A DNA stretch of 64,000 nucleotides, from positions 29,575 through 93,574 of the forward strand of contig CAZFSV010000003.1 of NCBI GenBank assembly GCA_964522195.1, written 5' to 3'. The stretch comes from an uncultured Candidatus Saccharibacteria bacterium (lineage in GTDB: Bacteria; Patescibacteriota; Minisyncoccia; Phycocordibacterales; UBA9973). The notes under the pieces are model-generated. The model saw only the letters and a list, made by a program, of their open reading frames with translations. It was not told the origin of the DNA and searched no databases. Below are positions 47,429-56,002 of this stretch, piece after piece; position 1 is the stretch's first letter, and each line of letters starts with the position of its first letter. The translations under genes and the position numbers were made by a program.

Positions 47429-47566
47429 TTTGACAAAATAGCTAAAATATGTTAATCTACTTCAAGTAGTAGAGTTCTTTAATATTTTGTTTTGTGTATT
47501 GCTTTTTGGACGTCATTTATTGATTTCTAGGGAGCAATATGCAATAACAATTAAAATAATTTTTAA
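47429..47566 (+). promoter_or_regulatory. cassette promoter (TTGACA-N17-TAATCT) plus conserved structured leader, copy a
   Basis: About 85–90% identical to 48422..48549 through the start codon. It contains the hairpin ctact-tgaaa-tagtag and a 9–11-bp stem that pairs tattgctttttgg with ctagggagcaa over the SD-like AGGGAG. Confidence 0.5.
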
Positions 47567-48277
47567 ATGAAATTTAAAAAAGAAAATGATGGTACACATA
47601 TTTATGTGGAAAGTAATGAAGGTGAATTTGAAGTTTTACGTGCCATAGTACAGGCTTCATTTGATTCCTCTGTTCCTGTAGGAATGGGTTTACTAAACTT
47701 TAATAAGGGCGACAAGTTAAGCAGAAATGATGCAGAAAAATTTATTAACAAAACTGATTGGGATAGACCAGGGGCAAGTTTGGTTAATATGGATTACGTT
47801 GGCGGACGTCAGTGTAAAACATATATCAGTCGCGTTGATAAAAATCACTTCAGAATAGCAACTAATTCTTTTGAAAGAGATAGAGGCAATATTGAATTGA
47901 TGCTTGATTTGGTAAACCCAATCATTGAAAAAGACCGCAAGCCTGGTGAAAAAGTTAACCTGACTTCAACTTTTGTTGGTGAAAGTTTAGACAAAAAACT
48001 TACAGAATATGGTTACCAAAGATTACAAAATGAAGATGACTGGTCATTCAGAAAAAGAATTTTCCCTGATCTCTTTATTAAATGCCCTGGTGATCAAAGA
48101 TCTTTGGAATTTTTGTATGGCAAACCATTATCTGATTGGAATGAAATTGAAAGCATGCTTTCTCTAACAGTTTTAATGGAATCAAATGTTGATTATGCTC
48201 AATTGAAAAAGTTTGCAGATGATTTTGGTGGTGATCCATTAAAAATGTGGCCTATTGATCAAAGTATAGCTGTTTAA
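47567..48277 (+). CDS. hypothetical protein (cassette 1 cargo)
   Basis: A 236-aa soluble protein with no recognised motif. Confidence 0.4.
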   Translation: MKFKKENDGTHIYVESNEGEFEVLRAIVQASFDSSVPVGMGLLNFNKGDKLSRNDAEKFINKTDWDRPGASLVNMDYVGGRQCKTYISRVDKNHFRIATNSFERDRGNIELMLDLVNPIIEKDRKPGEKVNLTSTFVGESLDKKLTEYGYQRLQNEDDWSFRKRIFPDLFIKCPGDQRSLEFLYGKPLSDWNEIESMLSLTVLMESNVDYAQLKKFADDFGGDPLKMWPIDQSIAV

Positions 48278-48393
48278 TTTTTTTTCTTAAAAAATCACAA
48301 ATAAAAGGTAATTTATTTTATAAGTTGCCTTTTTTATTTTAGTTAATTTAAATATTATTGATACTAATTCTGATTAGCTCATGATTCTTCAAT

Positions 48394-48549
48394 AGTTCTG
48401 AAATCCAAACATCAAGTCCGCAGTTGACAAAATACTAAAATATGTTATTCTACTTGAAATAGTAGGGTTCTTTGATATTTTGTTTTGTATATTGCTCTCT
48501 GGGTGTCATTTTGGTTTCTAGGGAGCGATATGCAAATCATAATTTAAAT
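48394..48549 (+). repeat. cassette boundary: degenerate tRNA-Trp 3' end-like site, then promoter and leader, copy b
   Basis: agttctgaaatccaaacatcaagtccgc is followed by TTGACA at 48424. The leader shows compensatory changes in its stem (ctctc/ttttt both pair with gggag). Confidence 0.5.
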
Positions 48550-49005
48550 AATTTTAAAATGAAATTAAAAATTTCAGTAGAACAAGTAACAAATGGAAGA
48601 GAGTATAAGGGAATCATTGAAGGTTTGGGTGAAGACTTAAATTACAAATTAAAATTTGGTGTTCCTATAGACCAATTGGATAATCAAAAAGTACCTGAAA
48701 GTAAGGAAGAAGCAAGTATTTTTGCAAAAAAACTATTTAATTTTACTGTAAAAAAAGGAGAAGATTCTCTTGAAATGTCAGATGAACTATTTGCTTTTAT
48801 GGTTCAAACAGCAGGTCATCTTACGCTCACTTTTTACAGCGATGAACAAGCCCAAAGTTATAATAATGGCTCAGGTGTTTTATCAGAAGCTCTTAATAGT
48901 AAAGAAAACAGTTTAATGGGAGCTTTTGGTGCCAGTGTCTCGATTGGAATGTCTCGTTCAATCGATTTACCAAAAGAAAAATTACCTACTATTTTACAAA
49001 ATTAA
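48550..49005 (+). CDS. hypothetical protein (cassette 2 cargo)
   Basis: ATG at 48550 (MKLKISVEQ...) aligns with the start of cassette 1. The track's 48472 start lies inside the conserved leader. Confidence 0.4.
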   Translation, partial: NFKMKLKISVEQVTNGREYKGIIEGLGEDLNYKLKFGVPIDQLDNQKVPESKEEASIFAKKLFNFTVKKGEDSLEMSDELFAFMVQTAGHLTLTFYSDEQAQSYNNGSGVLSEALNSKENSLMGAFGASVSIGMSRSIDLPKEKLPTILQN

Positions 49006-49117
49006 AAAAAATTTAAATTTTATTTCATAAAAAATAAAAGAGTAACTTAACTAAGTTGCTCTTTTTTATTTTTTATACTATTAATATCCCGTTTTATTAA
49101 ATTAGAATTTCTCAAAA

Positions 49118-49266
49118 GTTCTGAAATCCACTCATCAAGCCCGCATTTGACAAAATACTAAAATATGTTATTTTATTTTAAATAGTAGGGTTCTTTGATA
49201 TTGGATTTAGTTGGGTTTTCAGAGGAGATTTGGTCTTTTCTGATAACCTAATTAAATAATTAAAAA
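49118..49266 (+). repeat. cassette boundary plus promoter, copy c (leader diverges after ~49205)
   Basis: agttctgaaatccactcatcaagcccgca-tttgacaaaatactaaaatatg. The segment ctcatcaagcccgca resembles the tRNA-Trp 3' end ctcatcgcccgca. Confidence 0.5.
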
Positions 49267-49521
49267 ATGAAAAAAGAAAATTTATGTTGCTTAGTAGTGT
49301 TCGGTAATTTTGTTGCCTTAAATAGAAAAAAATTAGATGAAATTCCTGAAAATGAAAAACCTGAAATTGATTTAGAAAAAGGCTTGTGGAAAGACGAAAA
49401 ATGGGTTTGGCGTAAAATTGGAGAAGAAACTGGTAGTGGTTTAATCCGCTTTATCTTTGATCACACTAACTATGCTCATTCAGGACGAGCCCTCGGAATA
49501 GTCGCAGATTTCAATAGATAA
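49267..49521 (+). CDS. hypothetical small protein (cassette 3 cargo)
   Basis: 84 aa: MKKENLCCLVVFGNF... Confidence 0.35.
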   Translation: MKKENLCCLVVFGNFVALNRKKLDEIPENEKPEIDLEKGLWKDEKWVWRKIGEETGSGLIRFIFDHTNYAHSGRALGIVADFNR

Positions 49522-49687
49522 GACGAAAAGATTGCCTGCTAGGAGTTAATGTCAAAATACAATCTACTAAATTATCTTAAGGAATAGTCATTCGTGATTG
49601 TTCCTTTTTTATTTTATTTTTTTTAAAATGAATAATACTTAATTTAATCAAAGAGCTACTAACTAATAGTTCGGAAATCCAAACATC

Positions 49688-49715
49688 AAGTCCGCTCGTG
49701 AACTTTGTGAATGTT
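49688..49715 (+). repeat. fourth degenerate tRNA-Trp-end-like site (no TTGACA module follows)
   Basis: agttcggaaatccaaacatcaagtccgc. Confidence 0.4.
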
Positions 49716-50019
49716 GTGAACTTGATTGTTTTCTCTATGAGAATTATTCTGTTAAATAACTTGCTTTTTTATAAAAATATGGTATAAACTATTTGATATT
49801 GTACTTAAAAATTTTTTAAAAATTAGACTCATGAAAGCCTGTTTAATATTTTCTAGAGATGGAAAAACTGCATTTATTAAATTTGAAAACGGATCAGAAT
49901 CGCTAGATTTTGAAAGTAAAGAAGAAGTAATTCATGGAATAAATCATTGCCAAGTACTTGGCAAAATTACCAAAAATGAGGCAAGGTAATTCTTAAAAGA
50001 AATTAGCTTAGCTGAGAAT

Positions 50020-50343
50020 ATGCCTAATCACAACAAAGTACTTTCTTTGTTTCCTTTGATAATTCTTTCCTTGCTTCTTAATTCAAGGATAGAACAAGAA
50101 CAAGAGAAAGAAGAAATTTTTGAACCTTATGTTGAGATTTGTGATTGTGGACATAAAACACCACACGCATACATTTATAATGGTAATAAAAAAGTTATTG
50201 GACCTAACTTTCAATTTAAATCTGAGGGATTTGATATTGTTGAAAATCTTTTTACATCAGGATATATTGATGAGGGAGATACCTCTCGATTAAATACTTT
50301 AATTGATTTGCTTAAATTGCCAGAGAGTCCAATTTTGAATTAA
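50020..50343 (+). CDS. hypothetical small protein (cassette 4 cargo)
   Basis: 107 aa with an N-terminal hydrophobic segment. A further 52-aa ORF lies upstream at about 49831..49989. Confidence 0.3.
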   Translation: MPNHNKVLSLFPLIILSLLLNSRIEQEQEKEEIFEPYVEICDCGHKTPHAYIYNGNKKVIGPNFQFKSEGFDIVENLFTSGYIDEGDTSRLNTLIDLLKLPESPILN

Positions 50344-50496
50344 GTTTATTTGAATTTTAGAAAACTTAGACAAAAACCAATTGATTGAATGATTAATTGG
50401 TTTTTTATTTTATCAATTTATTTTAAGATAGAGGCAATTCCTTAGTTTTTTTATTTTAAATTAGAATTGTTTACTGTATTATGATATATTTTTAAT

Positions 50497-50940
50497 ATGA
50501 AAAATAATAAAAAAATATATTTTTTGGTTTTTGCTTTATTAATATTTGGTGGATTTTACTGGTTTTTAAATCCTGTGAATTGTTATGGTGATAAATGTGA
50601 AGTTCAAAATAACAATACAAAATCTTTTACTGAGTTCCCAGAAATGAATCCCGTAGAGCTTGAAGAAAAATTAAAAAATGAAGAAATTTATCTTTTAGAT
50701 ATTAGGGAAGAAGTAGAATGGAATGCTGGTCGTATAGCTAATGCAAATTTTTTACCTTTAGGGATGATAAATATTGAAAACACTAAAGACATACCAAAAG
50801 ATAAACCTGTTTATGTATATTGTCGTACTGGTAATAGAGCAAAAGAAGGTACAGAAAAATTACGCTCCCTTGGTTTTGATGCATATAATATTGGTGGGAT
50901 AGTCCAATATACTGAAAGAGGTGGAAAATTAGTTAAATAA
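50497..50940 (+). CDS. rhodanese-like sulfurtransferase, membrane/secreted
   Basis: N-terminal TM and the CRTGNRA active-site loop. Confidence 0.65.
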   Translation: MKNNKKIYFLVFALLIFGGFYWFLNPVNCYGDKCEVQNNNTKSFTEFPEMNPVELEEKLKNEEIYLLDIREEVEWNAGRIANANFLPLGMINIENTKDIPKDKPVYVYCRTGNRAKEGTEKLRSLGFDAYNIGGIVQYTERGGKLVK

Positions 50941-50992
50941 AAACTTAAAAAGTATTTACTTTCTTTTTTAGAAAATTTATAATTTATTTAAT

Positions 50993-53900
50993 ATGACTTC
51001 AAAATTTCACATGAAATTTTGGTTAGTGTTTATTGTCGTTTTTACGATATTGCTATTACCTCGTTTTATTTTTGCTAAGACTTTTATTAAAGATGATATT
51101 TCTGTTGATACAACTTGGACTAAAGCAAATAGTCCTTATATATTAGAGCGTTCTATTGTTGTTTTCGAAGAAGCTACTTTAAATATAGAACCCGGGGTAG
51201 AAATTAAATTTCCGTATTTTTCGCCTGGGAATAGTATTTATTTTTTTGGTAAATTGATAGCAATAGGTTCAGAAGAAGAACCTATTTATTTTACTTCAAA
51301 TTCTGATGATGCTTTAAGTAATACAGATGATGAAGAATATTGTGATGAAGAATATGATGAAGAAGGAAATTTAATTTCTAAAACAAATTGTGAATATTTT
51401 GATTTTAATGAACCTTTTGTGGGTGATTGGGGTGGTCTTTATTTTATAGATAGTGAAAATAATATTTTAGAAAATATTAATATAAATTACGCAAATGTAG
51501 GTTTGACTTTTCAAAACTCAGAAGCAAGCTTAAAACATTTTTTAATAATAAATAGCCAAGAAGGAATTTTAGCATTTAATAATAGTTCTATTGATATTTT
51601 AGATGCTCAATTACTTGATTTAGAACAAAATGCTTTAATTTTATATAATAATACTTTAATTAATTTTAGTAATTTAATCATTGAAAATGTTATAAATAAT
51701 CCTATTAATGTTTACAATGAATCCTCTCTTTCAGGTAATTATTTAGAATTTAATGGTTCTTCTTTGAGTGGATATACTGAAGCAATTATTTTATTTAATG
51801 GTTCAAATTTAGTTTTAAATAGTGCTAAATTTAACGATTGCCCTTTAAATAGTTGTATCACTTTCTTTGATAGTGAATATTTTTTAGGTGAAACCTCTTT
51901 ATTAGAAATAAATGATACCTTATTTGCTGAAGGTAGGGGTAGTGGGCTGCTTACTTTTTCAGGGAAACCAACAAATTTAAAAATAACTAATTCGGCTTTT
52001 TTAGATTTTGATTTGTTTGCAATAGAGTCTTATCGTGATATTTCAACTATAGATGCAAGGAATAATTATTTTGGAGACATGTCTGGGCCTTATCATAGTA
52101 CACAAAATTCAGAAGGAAAAGGTGAGGCTATTTATGGTAATAATATTTTATTTTATCCTTGGCTTTTTAATAATCCTTTTGAGTTATGTATAGAGGATTG
52201 TGCTTCAAATGTTTTATTTATTCCTGGGATGCAAGGTTCTCGTTTGTATGCAGATTTGGGAAGTGGAGAAAAAGAGCTTTGGCTCTCTAGGAAAGATTCT
52301 TATCATGAAGCTTTATTTTTAGACGAAGAAGGTAAAAGTATTAATGAAGTTTATACTAAAAATGACATTAGAAATAATGGAGATAAAAAAGAAACAGGTA
52401 TAATTGACGAAGCAATTTTAGGAATAAATATTTATAAATCTTTAGGAATTCAATTAAAAAATCTTAAAACTGATAAAATAATTAATGATTATTCTTTCAT
52501 TCCCTATGATTGGAGGCTTGCCTTAGATGATATTTTAAATAATGGTAAAGTTTTTGGTAATAAAAATCAGAATTTATCTTATCTTGAAAATTCTACTTTG
52601 GAAGAAAGTTTTATTTATAAAGAATTATCAAAATTAGCTAAAAGTTCTAAATCAGGCAAGGTTTCTATTGTATCTCATTCAAATGGAGGATTAGTTACTA
52701 AAGCTTTAATTCAAAAATTAAAAGATAACAATGATCCTTTGTATGAAAAAATTGATGAGATTTTTTTTGTAGCAGTGCCTCAAATAGGCGCTCCGGAAGC
52801 AGTGCTTGCTTTGCTTTTTGGGACAGGAGTTGGTCCTTTTGATTCCATTATGGATCAAGATGTTTCGAGAGGGTTAGGAGAAAATATGCCGACTCTTTAT
52901 AACCTTTTACCTAGGGAAAGTTATTTTAATTTAATTAATAATAAAGATTCTAAAAAAGCAATTATTAATTTTTCAACTAAAACAAAATTTGAAAATGAAA
53001 AACTTAAAAATACTATAGAAAAATATGGTAATAACATAGATTCTTTTTCTGAGCTTGAAGATTATTTAAAAGGTGGTGACTATAGAGAAAAACCAGCAAT
53101 TAATGATACTAAAAATGCAAATATCGCAAATATTTATTTATATAATAATGCAATTAATCTTTATGAAATGCTTGATAATTGGCAAGCAAATCCTACGACT
53201 AAAGTTTACCAAGTAGGAGGTTTGGGTATGGAAACTATCTTAGGGCTTGATTATAAAGAAGTTAAAAAACTTTTAGGTAAAAAAGAAATATCTCCTAAAG
53301 CAAGAAAAACTATTTATGGAGACGGAACTGTGCCTTTAGTGAGTGCTACTTTTATGAATGAAAGTCAAAATATAGAGCAATGGTATGTTGATTTAGATAA
53401 AGCAAATAAAGATAATGTGATTCCAAAAGATCATGCTTTTATTTTGGAAATACCTAATTTATTGGATTTTATAAAAAATAAATTAAAAGGTGAAAAAACT
53501 TTTTTAGATCCAGAAAATATAATTTTTAGAAATAGAACTACACTAGCATCACACCCAAAGAAGTTAATCTATACTTTGCATTCACCTTTGTATTTAGGAG
53601 TTTTTGATAAAGATGGTAATTTCTCAGGTAAAGACGAACAAGGTAATATTATAAATGAAATTTTAGGAGCAGAATATTCTATAATCGGTGAAGTTCAGAG
53701 TTTATCTATACCGATAGAATTAGCTCATACTTTAGTTTTGAATGGATTTGATGATGGTTATTTCTCTTTAGAATTAGATGAATTTTCAAATGATAATTAT
53801 TCTGGTAATCAAATATTTGATGGTATAAAAAATACAAAAAATACTAAAGCAAAATTAGTTTTTGAAAATGAGAATAGTTTAGATAATTTAAAATTATTAG

Positions 53901-54373
53901 TTGATTTAGAAGGGGATGGAGAATTTGAATTAGAATATTTACCTTACAAAGAAGAAGTGATAATTCCGATACCTGAAATTATAAATAATCCTGGAGTGGT
54001 TTTGATTAATGCAAACAATAATACTAGAAATATAGTACCAGCAGTTTTGGGAGAAAGTATTGAAATTAATGAACAAAATAAGAAGGTAATTACAAATAAT
54101 GAAGAAAATTTACACATTGAAAAAGATAATACTTTAATAATAAATAATCAAAATTTGAATTCAACTCAATATAAAAACCTTGATGTTGAAGGTGATTTTA
54201 ATAAAAAAAATGAGGCTAAAACTTTAGATAAAGATATCAAAGAAGAAATAATTATTGACGATAAAATTCCACAAGATCAAAAAAGACAAGAAGGTAATTA
54301 TAGATATTTAATTATTTTCTTAGTTTTAATAACATTATTAATTAGCTTTAAATATCTTTTTAAGATAAAATAA
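50993..54373 (+). CDS. giant surface-anchored protein: beta-helix-like N-region plus an LCAT/PGAP1-like alpha/beta-hydrolase (lipase/acyltransferase) domain
   Basis: Signal/TM at the N-terminus and N-rich parallel-repeat-like segments. It carries the nucleophile elbow IVSHSNGG and a YGDGTVPLVSA motif, which I recall as LCAT-family, plus a C-terminal TM anchor YRYLIIFLVLITLLISF. Confidence 0.5.
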   Translation: MTSKFHMKFWLVFIVVFTILLLPRFIFAKTFIKDDISVDTTWTKANSPYILERSIVVFEEATLNIEPGVEIKFPYFSPGNSIYFFGKLIAIGSEEEPIYFTSNSDDALSNTDDEEYCDEEYDEEGNLISKTNCEYFDFNEPFVGDWGGLYFIDSENNILENININYANVGLTFQNSEASLKHFLIINSQEGILAFNNSSIDILDAQLLDLEQNALILYNNTLINFSNLIIENVINNPINVYNESSLSGNYLEFNGSSLSGYTEAIILFNGSNLVLNSAKFNDCPLNSCITFFDSEYFLGETSLLEINDTLFAEGRGSGLLTFSGKPTNLKITNSAFLDFDLFAIESYRDISTIDARNNYFGDMSGPYHSTQNSEGKGEAIYGNNILFYPWLFNNPFELCIEDCASNVLFIPGMQGSRLYADLGSGEKELWLSRKDSYHEALFLDEEGKSINEVYTKNDIRNNGDKKETGIIDEAILGINIYKSLGIQLKNLKTDKIINDYSFIPYDWRLALDDILNNGKVFGNKNQNLSYLENSTLEESFIYKELSKLAKSSKSGKVSIVSHSNGGLVTKALIQKLKDNNDPLYEKIDEIFFVAVPQIGAPEAVLALLFGTGVGPFDSIMDQDVSRGLGENMPTLYNLLPRESYFNLINNKDSKKAIINFSTKTKFENEKLKNTIEKYGNNIDSFSELEDYLKGGDYREKPAINDTKNANIANIYLYNNAINLYEMLDNWQANPTTKVYQVGGLGMETILGLDYKEVKKLLGKKEISPKARKTIYGDGTVPLVSATFMNESQNIEQWYVDLDKANKDNVIPKDHAFILEIPNLLDFIKNKLKGEKTFLDPENIIFRNRTTLASHPKKLIYTLHSPLYLGVFDKDGNFSGKDEQGNIINEILGAEYSIIGEVQSLSIPIELAHTLVLNGFDDGYFSLELDEFSNDNYSGNQIFDGIKNTKNTKAKLVFENENSLDNLKLLVDLEGDGEFELEYLPYKEEVIIPIPEIINNPGVVLINANNNTRNIVPAVLGESIEINEQNKKVITNNEENLHIEKDNTLIINNQNLNSTQYKNLDVEGDFNKKNEAKTLDKDIKEEIIIDDKIPQDQKRQEGNYRYLIIFLVLITLLISFKYLFKIK

Positions 54374-54377
54374 TTAT

Positions 54378-54755
54378 ATGAATTGGTTAAAAAACAAAAA
54401 ACAACAAATTTACTTTTTTATTTTCAGTATTTTATTTTTTTTATTAATTAATTTTTTAGAGTTTGTAAATTTATATTCTATTTGGAGAAGTGTACACACA
54501 ACCTTTTTATTTGTATTTGGTGTTACTAGTATTTTTTCATTTATTTTTATTTTTACTAAAATTTCAAGATGGTTAATTTGGTTAAAAACTGTAACAATTT
54601 TTTCTATTTTAAGTTTTTTAATAATTATATTTTTACCGTCAAATGATGGAGATTTTTTTGTTTCTTCACAAATACTTTTGTCTTTTATTTTCGTAATTCT
54701 CTACTCCCTAATCTCGCTAGGTATTCTTATTTACGGGTTTTTTATAAAAAATTAA
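54378..54755 (+). CDS. hypothetical polytopic membrane protein
   Basis: Four TM helices in 125 aa. Confidence 0.3.
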   Translation: MNWLKNKKQQIYFFIFSILFFLLINFLEFVNLYSIWRSVHTTFLFVFGVTSIFSFIFIFTKISRWLIWLKTVTIFSILSFLIIIFLPSNDGDFFVSSQILLSFIFVILYSLISLGILIYGFFIKN

Positions 54756-54785
54756 AATTTCTAATATTTATGCTAAAATTCAGTA

Positions 54786-55073
54786 ATGATTCTCAAGCGA
54801 GATTTTAGTTTTAAGACGAAAGTTTGGATTTATCCCGGGGATGGAGGATGGCATTTTGTGACTTTAGATCAAAAATATAGCAATACTATTAGACAAGCTT
54901 TTCCTAGAGGTTTCGTCAAAATAGAAGTGAAAATAGGGAAGAGTATTTGGCGAACTTCTCTTTTTCCTCACAAACTATCAAAAGGTTATATACTTTGTAT
55001 TAATAAATCTATTCGTAAAAAAGAAAACATCTTTGCAGGGGATATAATAAATTTAAAGATTAAAATTCTTTAA
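54786..55073 (+). CDS. DUF1905-like small protein
   Basis: VWIYPGDGGWHFVTLDQ... Confidence 0.35.
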   Translation: MILKRDFSFKTKVWIYPGDGGWHFVTLDQKYSNTIRQAFPRGFVKIEVKIGKSIWRTSLFPHKLSKGYILCINKSIRKKENIFAGDIINLKIKIL

Positions 55074-55079
55074 TTTATA

Positions 55080-55107
55080 TTGACTTTTTGTTATATTATG
55101 ATATAAT
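55080..55107 (+). promoter_or_regulatory. near-consensus promoter, duplicate of 36738..36765
   Basis: ttgactttttgttatattatgatataat. Confidence 0.5.
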
Positions 55108-55129
55108 ACTTTTAAGTAAATTCTTTGAT

Positions 55130-55426
55130 ATGGCAAAAAATAAAAAATCCTCAGGAGCTAATCCTGCAGTTGATTTATTGGTTTGGGCATTCCGCTTCTC
55201 CTTTGCTTGGGCTGAGAGATTTGTGATAAAATTTTTCCAAGCAATAAAATTCTTTTTTAGGAATGTCCCAGTTTGGAATACTCAGTTTGATAATTGGACT
55301 CAAGTTCAATTCAATCAAACTGTACATACGGCTATAAAGATAGCCGTAATTACAATAATTTTACTGATTTTTTGGTTACCTATCTCAATAATTTTTCTTG
55401 GATATTTAATCTTAAAATCTTTTTAA
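55130..55426 (+). CDS. small membrane protein (paralog of 36813..37067)
   Basis: MAKNKKSSG... with a C-terminal TM ending LILKSF. Confidence 0.3.
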   Translation: MAKNKKSSGANPAVDLLVWAFRFSFAWAERFVIKFFQAIKFFFRNVPVWNTQFDNWTQVQFNQTVHTAIKIAVITIILLIFWLPISIIFLGYLILKSF

Positions 55427-55482
55427 GCTTAGGGGAAACCCTAAGCTTTTTATTTTATTTGAAATTGTTGTATATTATTTCT

Positions 55483-55773
55483 ATGACTTTTTATGAATTT
55501 TCTAGAAATTTAAATAATGATACTAATGAGCCGGAATTGGTGATAGATTTACACGGTTATACCACTTTTGAAGCAGAAGAATTTTTAAGTGAAATTCTAG
55601 ATTCTAATCAATATTTCTTTTTAAGGATAATAGTAGGTAAAGGCAAGAATAGTGAGAACGGAGCTGTCTTGCGGGATTTTGTAAAAAATTATTTAAAACA
55701 AAGAAGAATAAACTACAGTTATGCAAGTCCTAGAAATGGAGGTGAAGGTGCTTTGGATGTGTTTTTAAAATAA
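55483..55773 (+). CDS. Smr-domain protein
   Basis: ELVIDLHGYTTFEAEEFL...LRIIVGKGKNSENGAVLRDFVKNYL. Confidence 0.55.
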   Translation: MTFYEFSRNLNNDTNEPELVIDLHGYTTFEAEEFLSEILDSNQYFFLRIIVGKGKNSENGAVLRDFVKNYLKQRRINYSYASPRNGGEGALDVFLK

Positions 55774-55804
55774 TATGTTATAATTTATTTACAATTAAAT
55801 ATTG

Positions 55805-56002
55805 TATCAAGAGTGAGGATATTCTTTATTTAAAGAAAAGAGAATTGGCTCTAACCTCCAGCAACCCTGAAAGTAGTAAAGCGAAATCGATGGGTGCTAA
55901 ATCCAACCATTCGCCAAAGAGGCGAAAGGAAAGATATGTTTGTATTTAGTCTATGCAAAAATTCTTTCCTTCATTATTAATAATGTAGGAATTTTTTATT
56001 TT
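55805..56002 (+). promoter_or_regulatory. candidate SAM-I (S-box)-like riboswitch with terminator hairpin ahead of metK
   Basis: TATCAAGAGTGAGG...GGCTC...CCAGCAACCC...GGGTGCTAAATCC matches the SAM-I core (AUCAAGAG.GG / GCAACC / GGUGCUAAAUCC). A hairpin ttccttca/gtaggaa plus a U-tract at 55964..56002 abuts the metK ATG. Confidence 0.45.

Noticed and set aside
48472-48549. Track start at 48472 for the cassette-2 gene, and 55294 for the Smr gene
   Set aside because: 48472..48549 lies inside the leader conserved with cassette 1, and ATG 48550 aligns with the cassette-1 ATG. The Smr domain starts at ATG 55483; the upstream extension overlaps another gene's frame.
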